This document shows, piece after piece, positions 9,698 through 17,852 of a DNA stretch of 64,000 nt. Below the pieces are notes generated by a model, which was not told where the DNA came from, searched no databases, and saw only the letters and a list, made by a program, of their open reading frames with translations. The position numbers were made by a program, and so were the translations under genes. Within the stretch, counting starts at the first letter, position 1; the number at the start of each line of letters is the position of its first letter. The DNA comes from a virus (Duplodnaviria > Caudoviricetes): IMG/VR virus record IMGVR_UViG_3300022602_000026, one strand, 5' to 3'.

Positions 9698-10713
9698 ATG
9701 TATAGTACTTCCATTAATTCGGGATTGTCGAGAACATTTTGTATTTTGATGTTACTGAGATTGGGTCTGCACGGCGGACACAGTTTGGTATTTACACTGT
9801 TGTATATGTCATGATGTCGTTTGCCGAGCCATAAGTTTCTAAAGTCTCCTTGATCCCAATTACCAATAGAAAACTTTGGATTGCCTTTGTTGTCGCAACA
9901 GGTATAAATGTTGCCATCGGCACAAAACACCGGAAACTGATACATTTGATGGCATCGTGTATAGTTGCGTTCTTGTGTTTTAGTACTGTTTAATTTTAAT
10001 TTAACCGAGTACTTTTCGGCCAAGACAAGTAAATTTTCTTTTTCAAACTTGTATGCTTCTCCGTTTATTATAGCTGGCCTAAAATAAAGTTGTCGTACTC
10101 CCGTTTCTTGTGTACATTTAAATATATCTTCCAATGCATCTATATTGTCATTGTATTGATTCAACAACACTTTGAAGTCTACATTTGCGCCCAACGCCAC
10201 TAAGTCTTTTGCATTTTGTATAACACGATTAAAAGGACTACGTTTGGGTATACTACGTCTAATGGTTTCATACAGTGTTTCTTCTCCGGCATCGATATCG
10301 ATTCCGATCCAGGCCATTTTTCGAATTTTGTCTGCGCTGACATTCTCGATGAGTTTATCTAGTTGCGTACCGTTTGTGGTTAGACTTGTTAAAAATCCTA
10401 GGTCAACGGTGTGTTCTAACACTTTTTCGTATCCGGGCAACAGTGTGGGTTCTCCGCCACCGGGATAGGTTATTGTATGTAATGTGCCTACACTATTGGG
10501 AGTATGCGCCCTCCATCCAGCCAGTTTATCTAATAAATTGATGTATTCTAGATAATGTTTTTGCACAGGACTACGTTTTCTATGCTCGGCACTGTTGCAA
10601 TAAAAACAATCTTGATTACATATATTGGTCAAGTCAATGTCAACTTGTGCAGGAATAATCGAGACGGTATCTCGATTGTTCATCCAGTGTACTATTTCAG
10701 CCGACGGGTACAT
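9694..10713 (-). CDS. Radical SAM protein with C-terminal SPASM/twitch domain
   Basis: CNQDCFYC, GGGEP, TTNG; C-terminal C..ADGNIYTCC..IGN..CPPC. Confidence 0.9.
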   Translation of the reverse strand: MYPSAEIVHWMNNRDTVSIIPAQVDIDLTNICNQDCFYCNSAEHRKRSPVQKHYLEYINLLDKLAGWRAHTPNSVGTLHTITYPGGGEPTLLPGYEKVLEHTVDLGFLTSLTTNGTQLDKLIENVSADKIRKMAWIGIDIDAGEETLYETIRRSIPKRSPFNRVIQNAKDLVALGANVDFKVLLNQYNDNIDALEDIFKCTQETGVRQLYFRPAIINGEAYKFEKENLLVLAEKYSVKLKLNSTKTQERNYTRCHQMYQFPVFCADGNIYTCCDNKGNPKFSIGNWDQGDFRNLWLGKRHHDIYNSVNTKLCPPCRPNLSNIKIQNVLDNPELMEVLYI

Positions 10714-11542
10714 TTAAACTTTCTAGTATATAGTTTGCCCAGGTAATATGATCATGAGCATACGGGTGCATGTTTACAAAATATCTTTTATCTCGAATTA
10801 TCAAATATCTCTCGCCGCTTTTGTCTATTAGATCGTTCATCCAAGTTAAAAACACAGCCGGATCAGGGAAAAAATCTCTGGCGTTTCTTAAATCAAAAAC
10901 ACCAAAGTCCGACACGTAACACGGAGTCATTGTGAAATTATTTTTTTCAGCAATTAAATCTATCCAAGATTTTTGTAAGAATTCTTTGGTATTGGGAAAG
11001 CCACAGGGGTCAACAAAATTAACTCCGATTCGCAGTGTGACATTGTTAAAAGTATTTAATGCCGACTTTATTCGATTGATACATTCTGTGTTTAAAAATT
11101 CCAAAAACTTGTCGGGCGTGTTTTCCTTGAACCAAGTAATATAGTCTATGTATCTATCATGATGAGAATCAAAACTTCTGCCGGGTTCGGTAAAAGTACA
11201 AACTACATAGACCTGCTGATAGTTTAATTTGGAAAGTATTTGACTTAATTCTTCTACACGTTCTGCTATCCAAAAGTTTCCAGCACCACGTTGTCCAAGA
11301 TTGAGCCAATCGGCTTTGAGTTCTTTTGCTACTAGTGCTCCGTACACATGTTCTAACCTTGCAGGATCATTATCGTCTTCGACTACATCGGCGCCATAAG
11401 TCCAACTTTCGCCTACAGTTACTACCAAATTATCACTACCGTTATCAACAAAATCAAATGTATTTGTTTCTGTTTTATAATGACTATTTGTTGGAGATGC
11501 TATTGTAAAATAATCGGGCAGTTTGGATGTTGTCAGTTTCAT
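10697..11542 (-). CDS. SGNH/GDSL-like hydrolase or acyltransferase
   Basis: Block I VGESWTYG, block II NLGQRGAGN and a C-terminal HP (catalytic His position). Confidence 0.7.
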   Translation of the reverse strand: MKLTTSKLPDYFTIASPTNSHYKTETNTFDFVDNGSDNLVVTVGESWTYGADVVEDDNDPARLEHVYGALVAKELKADWLNLGQRGAGNFWIAERVEELSQILSKLNYQQVYVVCTFTEPGRSFDSHHDRYIDYITWFKENTPDKFLEFLNTECINRIKSALNTFNNVTLRIGVNFVDPCGFPNTKEFLQKSWIDLIAEKNNFTMTPCYVSDFGVFDLRNARDFFPDPAVFLTWMNDLIDKSGERYLIIRDKRYFVNMHPYAHDHITWANYILESLNVPVG

Positions 11543-12435
11543 TCTCGCACCATGGGTCCTGCATTTTTAAAATTACTTTTATAGTGATGCTTAAAGAATC
11601 GGCTTTGTTCAGAATCCAAATTAACCATTGGCAATCCCAACCGTTGTGTCAATTCTTGTTCGTAATGATGTATAAAAAATGTAGGATTAAAATTTTGTAC
11701 AGTCTCTTCCCAATAACTAGCCAACATCGCAAAGTCTTGTACTTCTCGGTAATCCCAAGCCGTCAGCATTGTGTTGTATGTGCCCTGCCTTGCTCCGGCC
11801 ATGGCCCAAACACCCATCTCGTTGTCAGCACCCACGTTGTGCCATATACTTAAGTTATCCATGTTGCGACTAACTACACGAGTCTTGAACTCTGCAATCG
11901 TGGGCTTGGCTCCACGGTCCAAACACATCTTGACACCTTCACGGAATCCGGCACGCCATGCTTGGAACGCGGTGGCATCAGGGTATGTGGTACTATAGCA
12001 ATCATGCATAGCCCAATAGTCAGGGTGGAAACAAAACTCCACAGAATTTTCATCTGAGCCGTCCGTATTCTCGTGCGTCCGCATTGAATACACAAAGTCC
12101 TTGTGCCAAATGCTCAAGCCACCGTTGCCATACATCAAGCCATTGATATTATTCCTAGCCCGATAACGTAAAACGCCGCGAGCATTAATTCGTGAATCCA
12201 ACTGTAAGTTGAAGAAACTGGCATCGGGAATATTATCGCCGTCTATGAGCACAAAACGATCAGTAGTGCTGGCATCAGCTGCGGCTTTGTGGGCAGCATC
12301 TGAACCCCGAACACCATCTACACGTTGTGCCCAAGGCACCATATTCTGTATCTTAATCCAAAATTCTTCTCGCTTGGGTTCGTCATAGGTTAAGTAAATT
12401 ACATCTAAGTCTGCTATGTCAATTAGGTCTGTCAT
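11539..12435 (-). CDS. GT-A fold glycosyltransferase (GT2-like)
   Basis: N-terminal VIYLTYDE strand, AHKAAA helix and DxD motif in FVLIDGDN. Confidence 0.65.
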   Translation of the reverse strand: MTDLIDIADLDVIYLTYDEPKREEFWIKIQNMVPWAQRVDGVRGSDAAHKAAADASTTDRFVLIDGDNIPDASFFNLQLDSRINARGVLRYRARNNINGLMYGNGGLSIWHKDFVYSMRTHENTDGSDENSVEFCFHPDYWAMHDCYSTTYPDATAFQAWRAGFREGVKMCLDRGAKPTIAEFKTRVVSRNMDNLSIWHNVGADNEMGVWAMAGARQGTYNTMLTAWDYREVQDFAMLASYWEETVQNFNPTFFIHHYEQELTQRLGLPMVNLDSEQSRFFKHHYKSNFKNAGPMVRE

Positions 12436-12760
12436 AATATTCCCGGTCTGTATAATCTTCGTCTTCTATCAGTAATCCAGCATGGCCTCGTACCACCGGA
12501 AATCCTTGAGTGCTTTTTACCAATTGTACACGATAACCACTATCGTGGTCAATTTTTTTTAATTGGCCTTTTACTACACGATACTGAAAGTAACGCTCGT
12601 ATTCTTCTCGAGAGACTACCAAATAGTCGCCCGGTGCATGATTCTGCATACTACAACTGGTTATATCTCCCGCTTCGTTGTAGTAAATCCTATACTCTAA
12701 TTCTACTGGAGGAACCGGTTCGAGTAACCGTTCAACTTCCTGCCAAAACTCGTTGTTCAT
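12419..12760 (-). CDS. Hypothetical protein
   Basis: 113-aa ORF overlapping both neighbours in a coupled operon; no recognisable motif. Confidence 0.7.
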   Translation of the reverse strand: MNNEFWQEVERLLEPVPPVELEYRIYYNEAGDITSCSMQNHAPGDYLVVSREEYERYFQYRVVKGQLKKIDHDSGYRVQLVKSTQGFPVVRGHAGLLIEDEDYTDREYYDRPN

Positions 12761-13583
12761 AATATTCTATTAGTTCTTGTGTGGCGTAGGCCTTGTCATG
12801 ATAATGTACAGGCGCATACTGATTTAAATTGTTGATACGTATAACATCACCATCACGTTCATGCATCACAGTTTCTAACCAACTACGTGCATCACTCCAA
12901 CCATTAAAGCCCGACTTCATGTGTACAAAATTTATAAAGTCCATGCTAGGCATTGTGACTGCTTCTTCCCCCAATATCAATGCGGTCAATGCATATACAA
13001 CATCGGTTGTGGGATTTAGTTCTAGGTCTACACCTTCAAGATAAGTTTTGATAAAATTCCATTCCTGAAATACAAACCTAGCAAGTTCAAAAAATTGCAT
13101 AGCAGTTGTTGTATATCTAAAATACATCAAACCTGTGTAAACATCAGGTAATTGATTTGCATCAAACAATTGTCTGTATTTTCTAACCGCACTAGGTGTG
13201 TCCATAACATTTTTGGCACCATTACCTAAACAAACATCGCGAAGTCTAAATGCAGTCCACCAGTGATCAATGCTGCGTGTAAACAATAAATCACTTTCTA
13301 GTTTGATGGTTTCTTTGAACGGAGTCATCGAGAACACATACGGTTCTGCCGCAAAGGGATTTTGTTCAAATTCCTCGGGTAGTCGAATAACATAATCAAA
13401 TGCGTTGAGTTGTCGGTTGTTGAATGAATTATAAGTTGCTTCGTTAACAATAACCGCGTATCGGTTTTCTTGTTGCGTGGCTTTGACGTTCAAGCATTGT
13501 AGGTATGCTAGTCGCCCGTAGTCAACTTCAGGCGTGTTAATTGCAAAGGTTAAAAAACCCTGTTGTTCTCGATGTTGACTCAT
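12732..13583 (-). CDS. GT8-like glycosyltransferase with degenerate DxD (ESD)
   Basis: GFLTFA..DY..LA N-terminus; TPFKETIKLESDLLF; FVH-K C-terminal motif; paralog of 13580..14398. Confidence 0.6.
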   Translation of the reverse strand: MSQHREQQGFLTFAINTPEVDYGRLAYLQCLNVKATQQENRYAVIVNEATYNSFNNRQLNAFDYVIRLPEEFEQNPFAAEPYVFSMTPFKETIKLESDLLFTRSIDHWWTAFRLRDVCLGNGAKNVMDTPSAVRKYRQLFDANQLPDVYTGLMYFRYTTTAMQFFELARFVFQEWNFIKTYLEGVDLELNPTTDVVYALTALILGEEAVTMPSMDFINFVHMKSGFNGWSDARSWLETVMHERDGDVIRINNLNQYAPVHYHDKAYATQELIEYYEQRVLAGS

Positions 13584-14398
13584 GCTAATAGTCCATTTAC
13601 CAAATGTTCAAAGTCTGCACTTTGTAGATATTGTTTGTCCATGACGTGTGTGTTTTGTCTAGGTACTGCTCGGCCAGTTTCTTTACTGTATACGTATAAA
13701 AAATTGTCGTCATATAACATTTGATCAATCTTTTCTTCTATGGTAAACATGGGCCACGGAATGCCCTGATCTTCGTTTAAATTGTATCCGTTTAAGATCG
13801 TGTTGGCAATAGCAAACGCATAATCATTTCTATAATTGCCTTCACGAATATTATACAATGCTCGGTAATAATTATAATTGCGTTGTATCTTTCCCACTAG
13901 ATCGAATAGTAATTCTGCACGTTTTGATTTACGAAATAACACAACTGTGGCCCAAACAAATGGCAAACTGGTTTCACCCATTTGTTCATATACTGCCCCC
14001 GCATAGTTTGTGTTATGGTGCATTAATTTATAGTCAAAGTCTGTATCAAATAAACGATTGAGACTGGAATCAAGGACCATGTAATCGCAATCAAGCAATA
14101 TAGTATCCGCATAGGGCGTGAGAGCGTATGCCCAGTGTCTTCCAAAGTTTCTCCATTGTACTGTGCCATCTCTAAAATTATCTCCTTGTCTATCTATTGT
14201 TACGATATTATCGTATCTAAATTTAGGATCTGCATCGTGATCAGTTATTAGCGTAACGGGTAAATCCAGGTAGTGACCGGCTAGTTGACTTGTGCGATCT
14301 GCAATCTGTACATAGTCAACTGTCTCGGTGTTAAATGCAAATACAACTATACCCCTAGACATTGAAGTGGATTTTTCTAAGTTTTCGAAGTTCGTCAT
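13580..14398 (-). CDS. GT8-like glycosyltransferase
   Basis: GIVVFA..DY..IA; TPYADTILLDCDYMV (DxD = DCD); RNDYAFAIA. Confidence 0.65.
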   Translation of the reverse strand: MTNFENLEKSTSMSRGIVVFAFNTETVDYVQIADRTSQLAGHYLDLPVTLITDHDADPKFRYDNIVTIDRQGDNFRDGTVQWRNFGRHWAYALTPYADTILLDCDYMVLDSSLNRLFDTDFDYKLMHHNTNYAGAVYEQMGETSLPFVWATVVLFRKSKRAELLFDLVGKIQRNYNYYRALYNIREGNYRNDYAFAIANTILNGYNLNEDQGIPWPMFTIEEKIDQMLYDDNFLYVYSKETGRAVPRQNTHVMDKQYLQSADFEHLVNGLLA

Positions 14399-14684
14399 GT
14401 TGTTGATGCCAACGGTTCATTACTTTAGAATAACATTCTCGGCATTGTTCGGCAAAGAATTCGGGATCGGGAATGTGTATGGGATTTTGATATGTGTCTT
14501 CCAAATACATGGCTTCGGTTCTGGGCCAAGTTGAAGCAAACACGATCAGTTCGGGAGTGGCCTTGAACAATCCGCCGTTGTAGGCAAAATGCAAATCGGT
14601 TTGGATTTTCTCGCGAAGAATACGACGGTTAACTTGGTAGTCTGTGGCCACCGTGATGTATGATTTGAATGTGTCTAAGTCCAT
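14355..14684 (-). CDS. Hypothetical protein, first gene of the accessory operon
   Basis: 109-aa ORF whose ATG lies 6 nt after a consensus -10; overlaps the next gene. Confidence 0.7.
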   Translation of the reverse strand: MDLDTFKSYITVATDYQVNRRILREKIQTDLHFAYNGGLFKATPELIVFASTWPRTEAMYLEDTYQNPIHIPDPEFFAEQCRECYSKVMNRWHQQHDELRKLRKIHFNV

Positions 14685-14690
14685 CTACAC

Positions 14691-14719
14691 AGTATAACAC
14701 GATACTGAGTTGATGTCAA
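14691..14719 (-). promoter_or_regulatory. Sigma70-type promoter for the radical SAM/GT operon (leaderless transcript)
   Basis: Minus strand reads TTGACA (14719-14714), N17, TATACT (14696-14691) with extended TG, then 6 nt, then ATG. Confidence 0.85.
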
Positions 14720-14728
14720 CGAGTTTGG

Positions 14729-15655
14729 TTAGGTTATTGTAACCGTGCCCCAAGTGTTGGTCAAGTTTGTGGTTTCTGGATAAACTATGTCAACTCTGTG
14801 GTTCCAAGTCACGTTAATACTTTCGTTAAACGATAGTGATTTGGCAGCTGAATAAACAGTGAAATCTAAGTACACTATATTTCCCACATCTGCATTTGAG
14901 CCTTGAACGCCGTTGGTGCGTAAATTGACTTGTATGTAGTCTCCGGTATAGCTTGATGTTGTGCTAGTGATTTTTTGTATGGTTGTGCCAGTACTGGCAT
15001 TCCAATACCCAATGGCAGTATTGTTGGTGTTTGATGTGCCGCCTGTGCCGCTGCATCCACCATTTGTGGTTCCGCGAATTGCGCTGATACTGCCCAAGTT
15101 GGTACCGATCAATGTTACCCAATCGCCCGAACGATTTGAACTATCGCCGTTGGTAGCACTAATGGTTACAAAGTTCAACTGGCCGCCTGCGTTAAAGAAG
15201 TAACGTGCTTGGTCAGCACTGGCAAATGTAGCTGTACGTGTAAAGGTCCAAGTTTGAGCTGCAGTGGTTGCTGCCACTGTAAAGTTAGGACTAAAAGTTG
15301 ATCCTGTTGTGGTAGTGCCTTGTGATGCAAAACTGTTGTGATTGGTATTGATTTGTGTCACGCCCGAGGTTACCGAACTCAAATACTGAATTAAGCCGCC
15401 CGATGTTGGTAATCCAATATTCAAGTTTGTAGTTTGGTGAGCACTCAAACTGTTCAGTTTACCAATTGCAGTGGACCATTGTGTGGCAGTAACTAGACCG
15501 GCTTGACTGACTGTGGTCAATGCAGTTTGACCGTACCCGTATTGTCCGTTGCCGGTACTGAGTACATAATTGATAGTACCAGCAGTGGTGCTGTTTGATC
15601 CAACAATACTGTTATAATCCGATGCTTGTATTAATCCACCTTGGCTATATGACAT
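14729..15655 (-). CDS. Virion structural protein (tail fibre/baseplate-associated)
   Basis: Thr/Ser/Gly/Asn-rich, beta-rich composition; AAGGA SD; last gene of the tail module. Confidence 0.6.
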   Translation of the reverse strand: MSYSQGGLIQASDYNSIVGSNSTTAGTINYVLSTGNGQYGYGQTALTTVSQAGLVTATQWSTAIGKLNSLSAHQTTNLNIGLPTSGGLIQYLSSVTSGVTQINTNHNSFASQGTTTTGSTFSPNFTVAATTAAQTWTFTRTATFASADQARYFFNAGGQLNFVTISATNGDSSNRSGDWVTLIGTNLGSISAIRGTTNGGCSGTGGTSNTNNTAIGYWNASTGTTIQKITSTTSSYTGDYIQVNLRTNGVQGSNADVGNIVYLDFTVYSAAKSLSFNESINVTWNHRVDIVYPETTNLTNTWGTVTIT

Positions 15656-15664
15656 TTTTATTCC

Positions 15665-16831
15665 TTACGAATTCAATTTAACTACGGCTTCGATTATACC
15701 TTCGCCGAGTGTTGTTTTATTTTCTAATGCTCTACCAATTACATTCCAAGTTGTGATTTCTGATTTGCTACCGGCTCTTGCAAAACCGTTGCCGGCGCTT
15801 ACAAGTCGATCTCCTTTGGATATTTTACCAATTACTTTAACGGGCACACGCCCTTGAACTGCAACTGGCGGATGAGTGAGATTTGTACCTGCACCGGAAT
15901 TCATTAAATAGGCTGCATTAGTACTTATGACTCCAAACACTTCTTCGCTTAAATCTTCGCTTGCTGCTGTGATTTCTGCCGATCCGCCAAGTTCGACTAC
16001 TGTTCCAGGATCGTATGCAACGTCGGCTTCAAATCGTTCGGCCAAGTCAGCATACTGTGCATGTACCGCAGTTCCGTAAACATTGTTCCAGTAAGCAGTA
16101 GGCGATCCTAAATTATACGTTAAATTTGCGCTCGGGGAAACATTTCCGGTAATATTGCTGAGATTGGCTTGAAACGATGGAGGTAATGTCACTGTACCAG
16201 TAAAACTTACATTACCGCTGAACACCGATGATCCATAAACAGTAAGTCCCGAAATCAAATTCAAGCCTGGATTAACCGACGTAATTCCCGAAACTGGAGT
16301 TTGCAAGGTATACGCAGTTGCATCAGAACTCATTATGCCCGAAAGTTTGTTATTGACTAACAGGTTTGCAATTATATGTGGCTGAGTACCAGAATCTAAA
16401 CTGGTATTCGCGGTAAAAGCAGTAACTGCCGATCCCACTGATATGTAAGGGCCAACAGCAACCCAAGTGCTTCCGTTGTAAACATTCAATTGACTGCTTG
16501 CAGTATTCCACCAATAATCGCCGTTTTGAGGATTTGCCGGAGCAGTACTGCTGGTACTAGAGTTTGCTATTGCTTTCCAATTGGTGCCGTTGTAATTTTT
16601 TAAAATTACATTTCCGGTTGACGAATCAAACCAAAGTTGTCCTTTTAACGGATTATTTGGGGCTGTAGAATTGGAAAAATTCTCTAGTATTTTGATGAAA
16701 TTTTCGTTAAGGCCGTATCCGTATCCTGTAGCATTGGGACCTATTAAATTGATACTGGTCGCGGAATTGTTGATTCCCCCAGTTAATGTTACTAACGATG
16801 TTCCATTAGTTAGAGTTAAACTATAAGACAT
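15665..16831 (-). CDS. Tail fibre/appendage protein with C-terminal peptidase G2-type autocleaving chaperone domain
   Basis: N-terminal ENFIKILENF..P..PLKGQLWFD module shared with 19551..20774; C-terminal YADLAE..PGTVV..GVIS..GRVPVKV..GDRLV..IGRALE. Confidence 0.7.
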   Translation of the reverse strand: MSYSLTLTNGTSLVTLTGGINNSATSINLIGPNATGYGYGLNENFIKILENFSNSTAPNNPLKGQLWFDSSTGNVILKNYNGTNWKAIANSSTSSTAPANPQNGDYWWNTASSQLNVYNGSTWVAVGPYISVGSAVTAFTANTSLDSGTQPHIIANLLVNNKLSGIMSSDATAYTLQTPVSGITSVNPGLNLISGLTVYGSSVFSGNVSFTGTVTLPPSFQANLSNITGNVSPSANLTYNLGSPTAYWNNVYGTAVHAQYADLAERFEADVAYDPGTVVELGGSAEITAASEDLSEEVFGVISTNAAYLMNSGAGTNLTHPPVAVQGRVPVKVIGKISKGDRLVSAGNGFARAGSKSEITTWNVIGRALENKTTLGEGIIEAVVKLNS

Positions 16832-16856
16832 TGGATACTTTTCCTGTTTCTTTACT

Positions 16857-16864
16857 TATTTATC
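16857..16864 (-). promoter_or_regulatory. T4-type late promoter GATAAATA
   Basis: Intergenic NATAAATA upstream of 15665..16831. Confidence 0.7.
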
Positions 16865-16869
16865 CAATT

Positions 16870-17832
16870 CTATATAGGAAAACTTTCGTTAATATAAATG
16901 GTATAGGCCATATTGATAGTTCTGGCATTAGATCCCGACCCGTCTGTGGTCCATATGTACAACAGTTGATTTGGGCCCGGCACTGGAAGATTCCAGGGGC
17001 CAAGACCATACGGGCTTTGCCCGCCGTTATCGTTGTAAGAATACGGATCAGAATTCGATGATCTAAAATGTCTATCGGGAATACTGTCTGCTAGGTTCGC
17101 AATTTGATTGTATCCATATGCTTGAGATAGGTTTGATGCTCCGTGATCGACAAACGCATATCCCACGCTAAAACCGCTATCAACTGCTGCAGAAAAATTA
17201 ACCAAAGATAACGAGGATACTTGTACTACATCGGCTGGATCGAATCCCCAATTGTCAAGATCTGTGCTGGTTACATTAGTGCCGACTCCGGTAAATGCCA
17301 GCGATCTGCTCCAAGAAAAAGATCCTCCGGCCTCGTAATGCGGGGATACTGGGCCGTAACTGACATACACCGGACTGGAATTGTTTACATTATACATATA
17401 GCCCGGAGCTCCTGTAGGGCCGCCTCCGCCGGTTGCTACTCCGTCACTGGTAGCAGTTAGTGTTATAGGTGGAGGATTATAGACCTGTTGAAACGTTGCC
17501 AATCCTGAATTTCCGCTGCCCCAAACAAAAATTGCTGCCCCCGGTGATCCCGAGCCTGGAGGTGTTGCAGTTGCTGCAAAATCAGGAACTGTATTGACCA
17601 ACGACCCGTTTACAAAATATTCAGTATAATAATCAATGTAACTAGATACACCGCCACCATCGCCCCCGGCACCAAACGGGCCGTATACCGATGCGCCATC
17701 AATTATTAGGGTGTGATTGTTTCCGCCAAGTCCACCAGGAACAGACGTGTTAGTGCCCTGTATCTCAGTCTGGCCTGATTGTCCGCTAATTCCATGTGTT
17801 CCTCCTCCGGCCCCGCCTGTACCACCTGCCAT
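16870..17832 (-). CDS. Glycine-rich tail fibre-associated protein
   Basis: Gly-rich N-terminus ending in GSGSPGAAIFVWG, then a variable beta-rich domain; AGGAG SD 6 nt before ATG. Confidence 0.65.
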   Translation of the reverse strand: MAGGTGGAGGGTHGISGQSGQTEIQGTNTSVPGGLGGNNHTLIIDGASVYGPFGAGGDGGGVSSYIDYYTEYFVNGSLVNTVPDFAATATPPGSGSPGAAIFVWGSGNSGLATFQQVYNPPPITLTATSDGVATGGGGPTGAPGYMYNVNNSSPVYVSYGPVSPHYEAGGSFSWSRSLAFTGVGTNVTSTDLDNWGFDPADVVQVSSLSLVNFSAAVDSGFSVGYAFVDHGASNLSQAYGYNQIANLADSIPDRHFRSSNSDPYSYNDNGGQSPYGLGPWNLPVPGPNQLLYIWTTDGSGSNARTINMAYTIYINESFPI

Positions 17833-17852
17833 GTTCTTCTCCTATATTAGTA

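Noticed and set aside
1-14684. RiPP-type cluster (SPASM maturases with a precursor peptide)
   Set aside because: No short precursor-like ORF, PqqD/RRE domain, peptidase or exporter seen; the partners are glycan enzymes.
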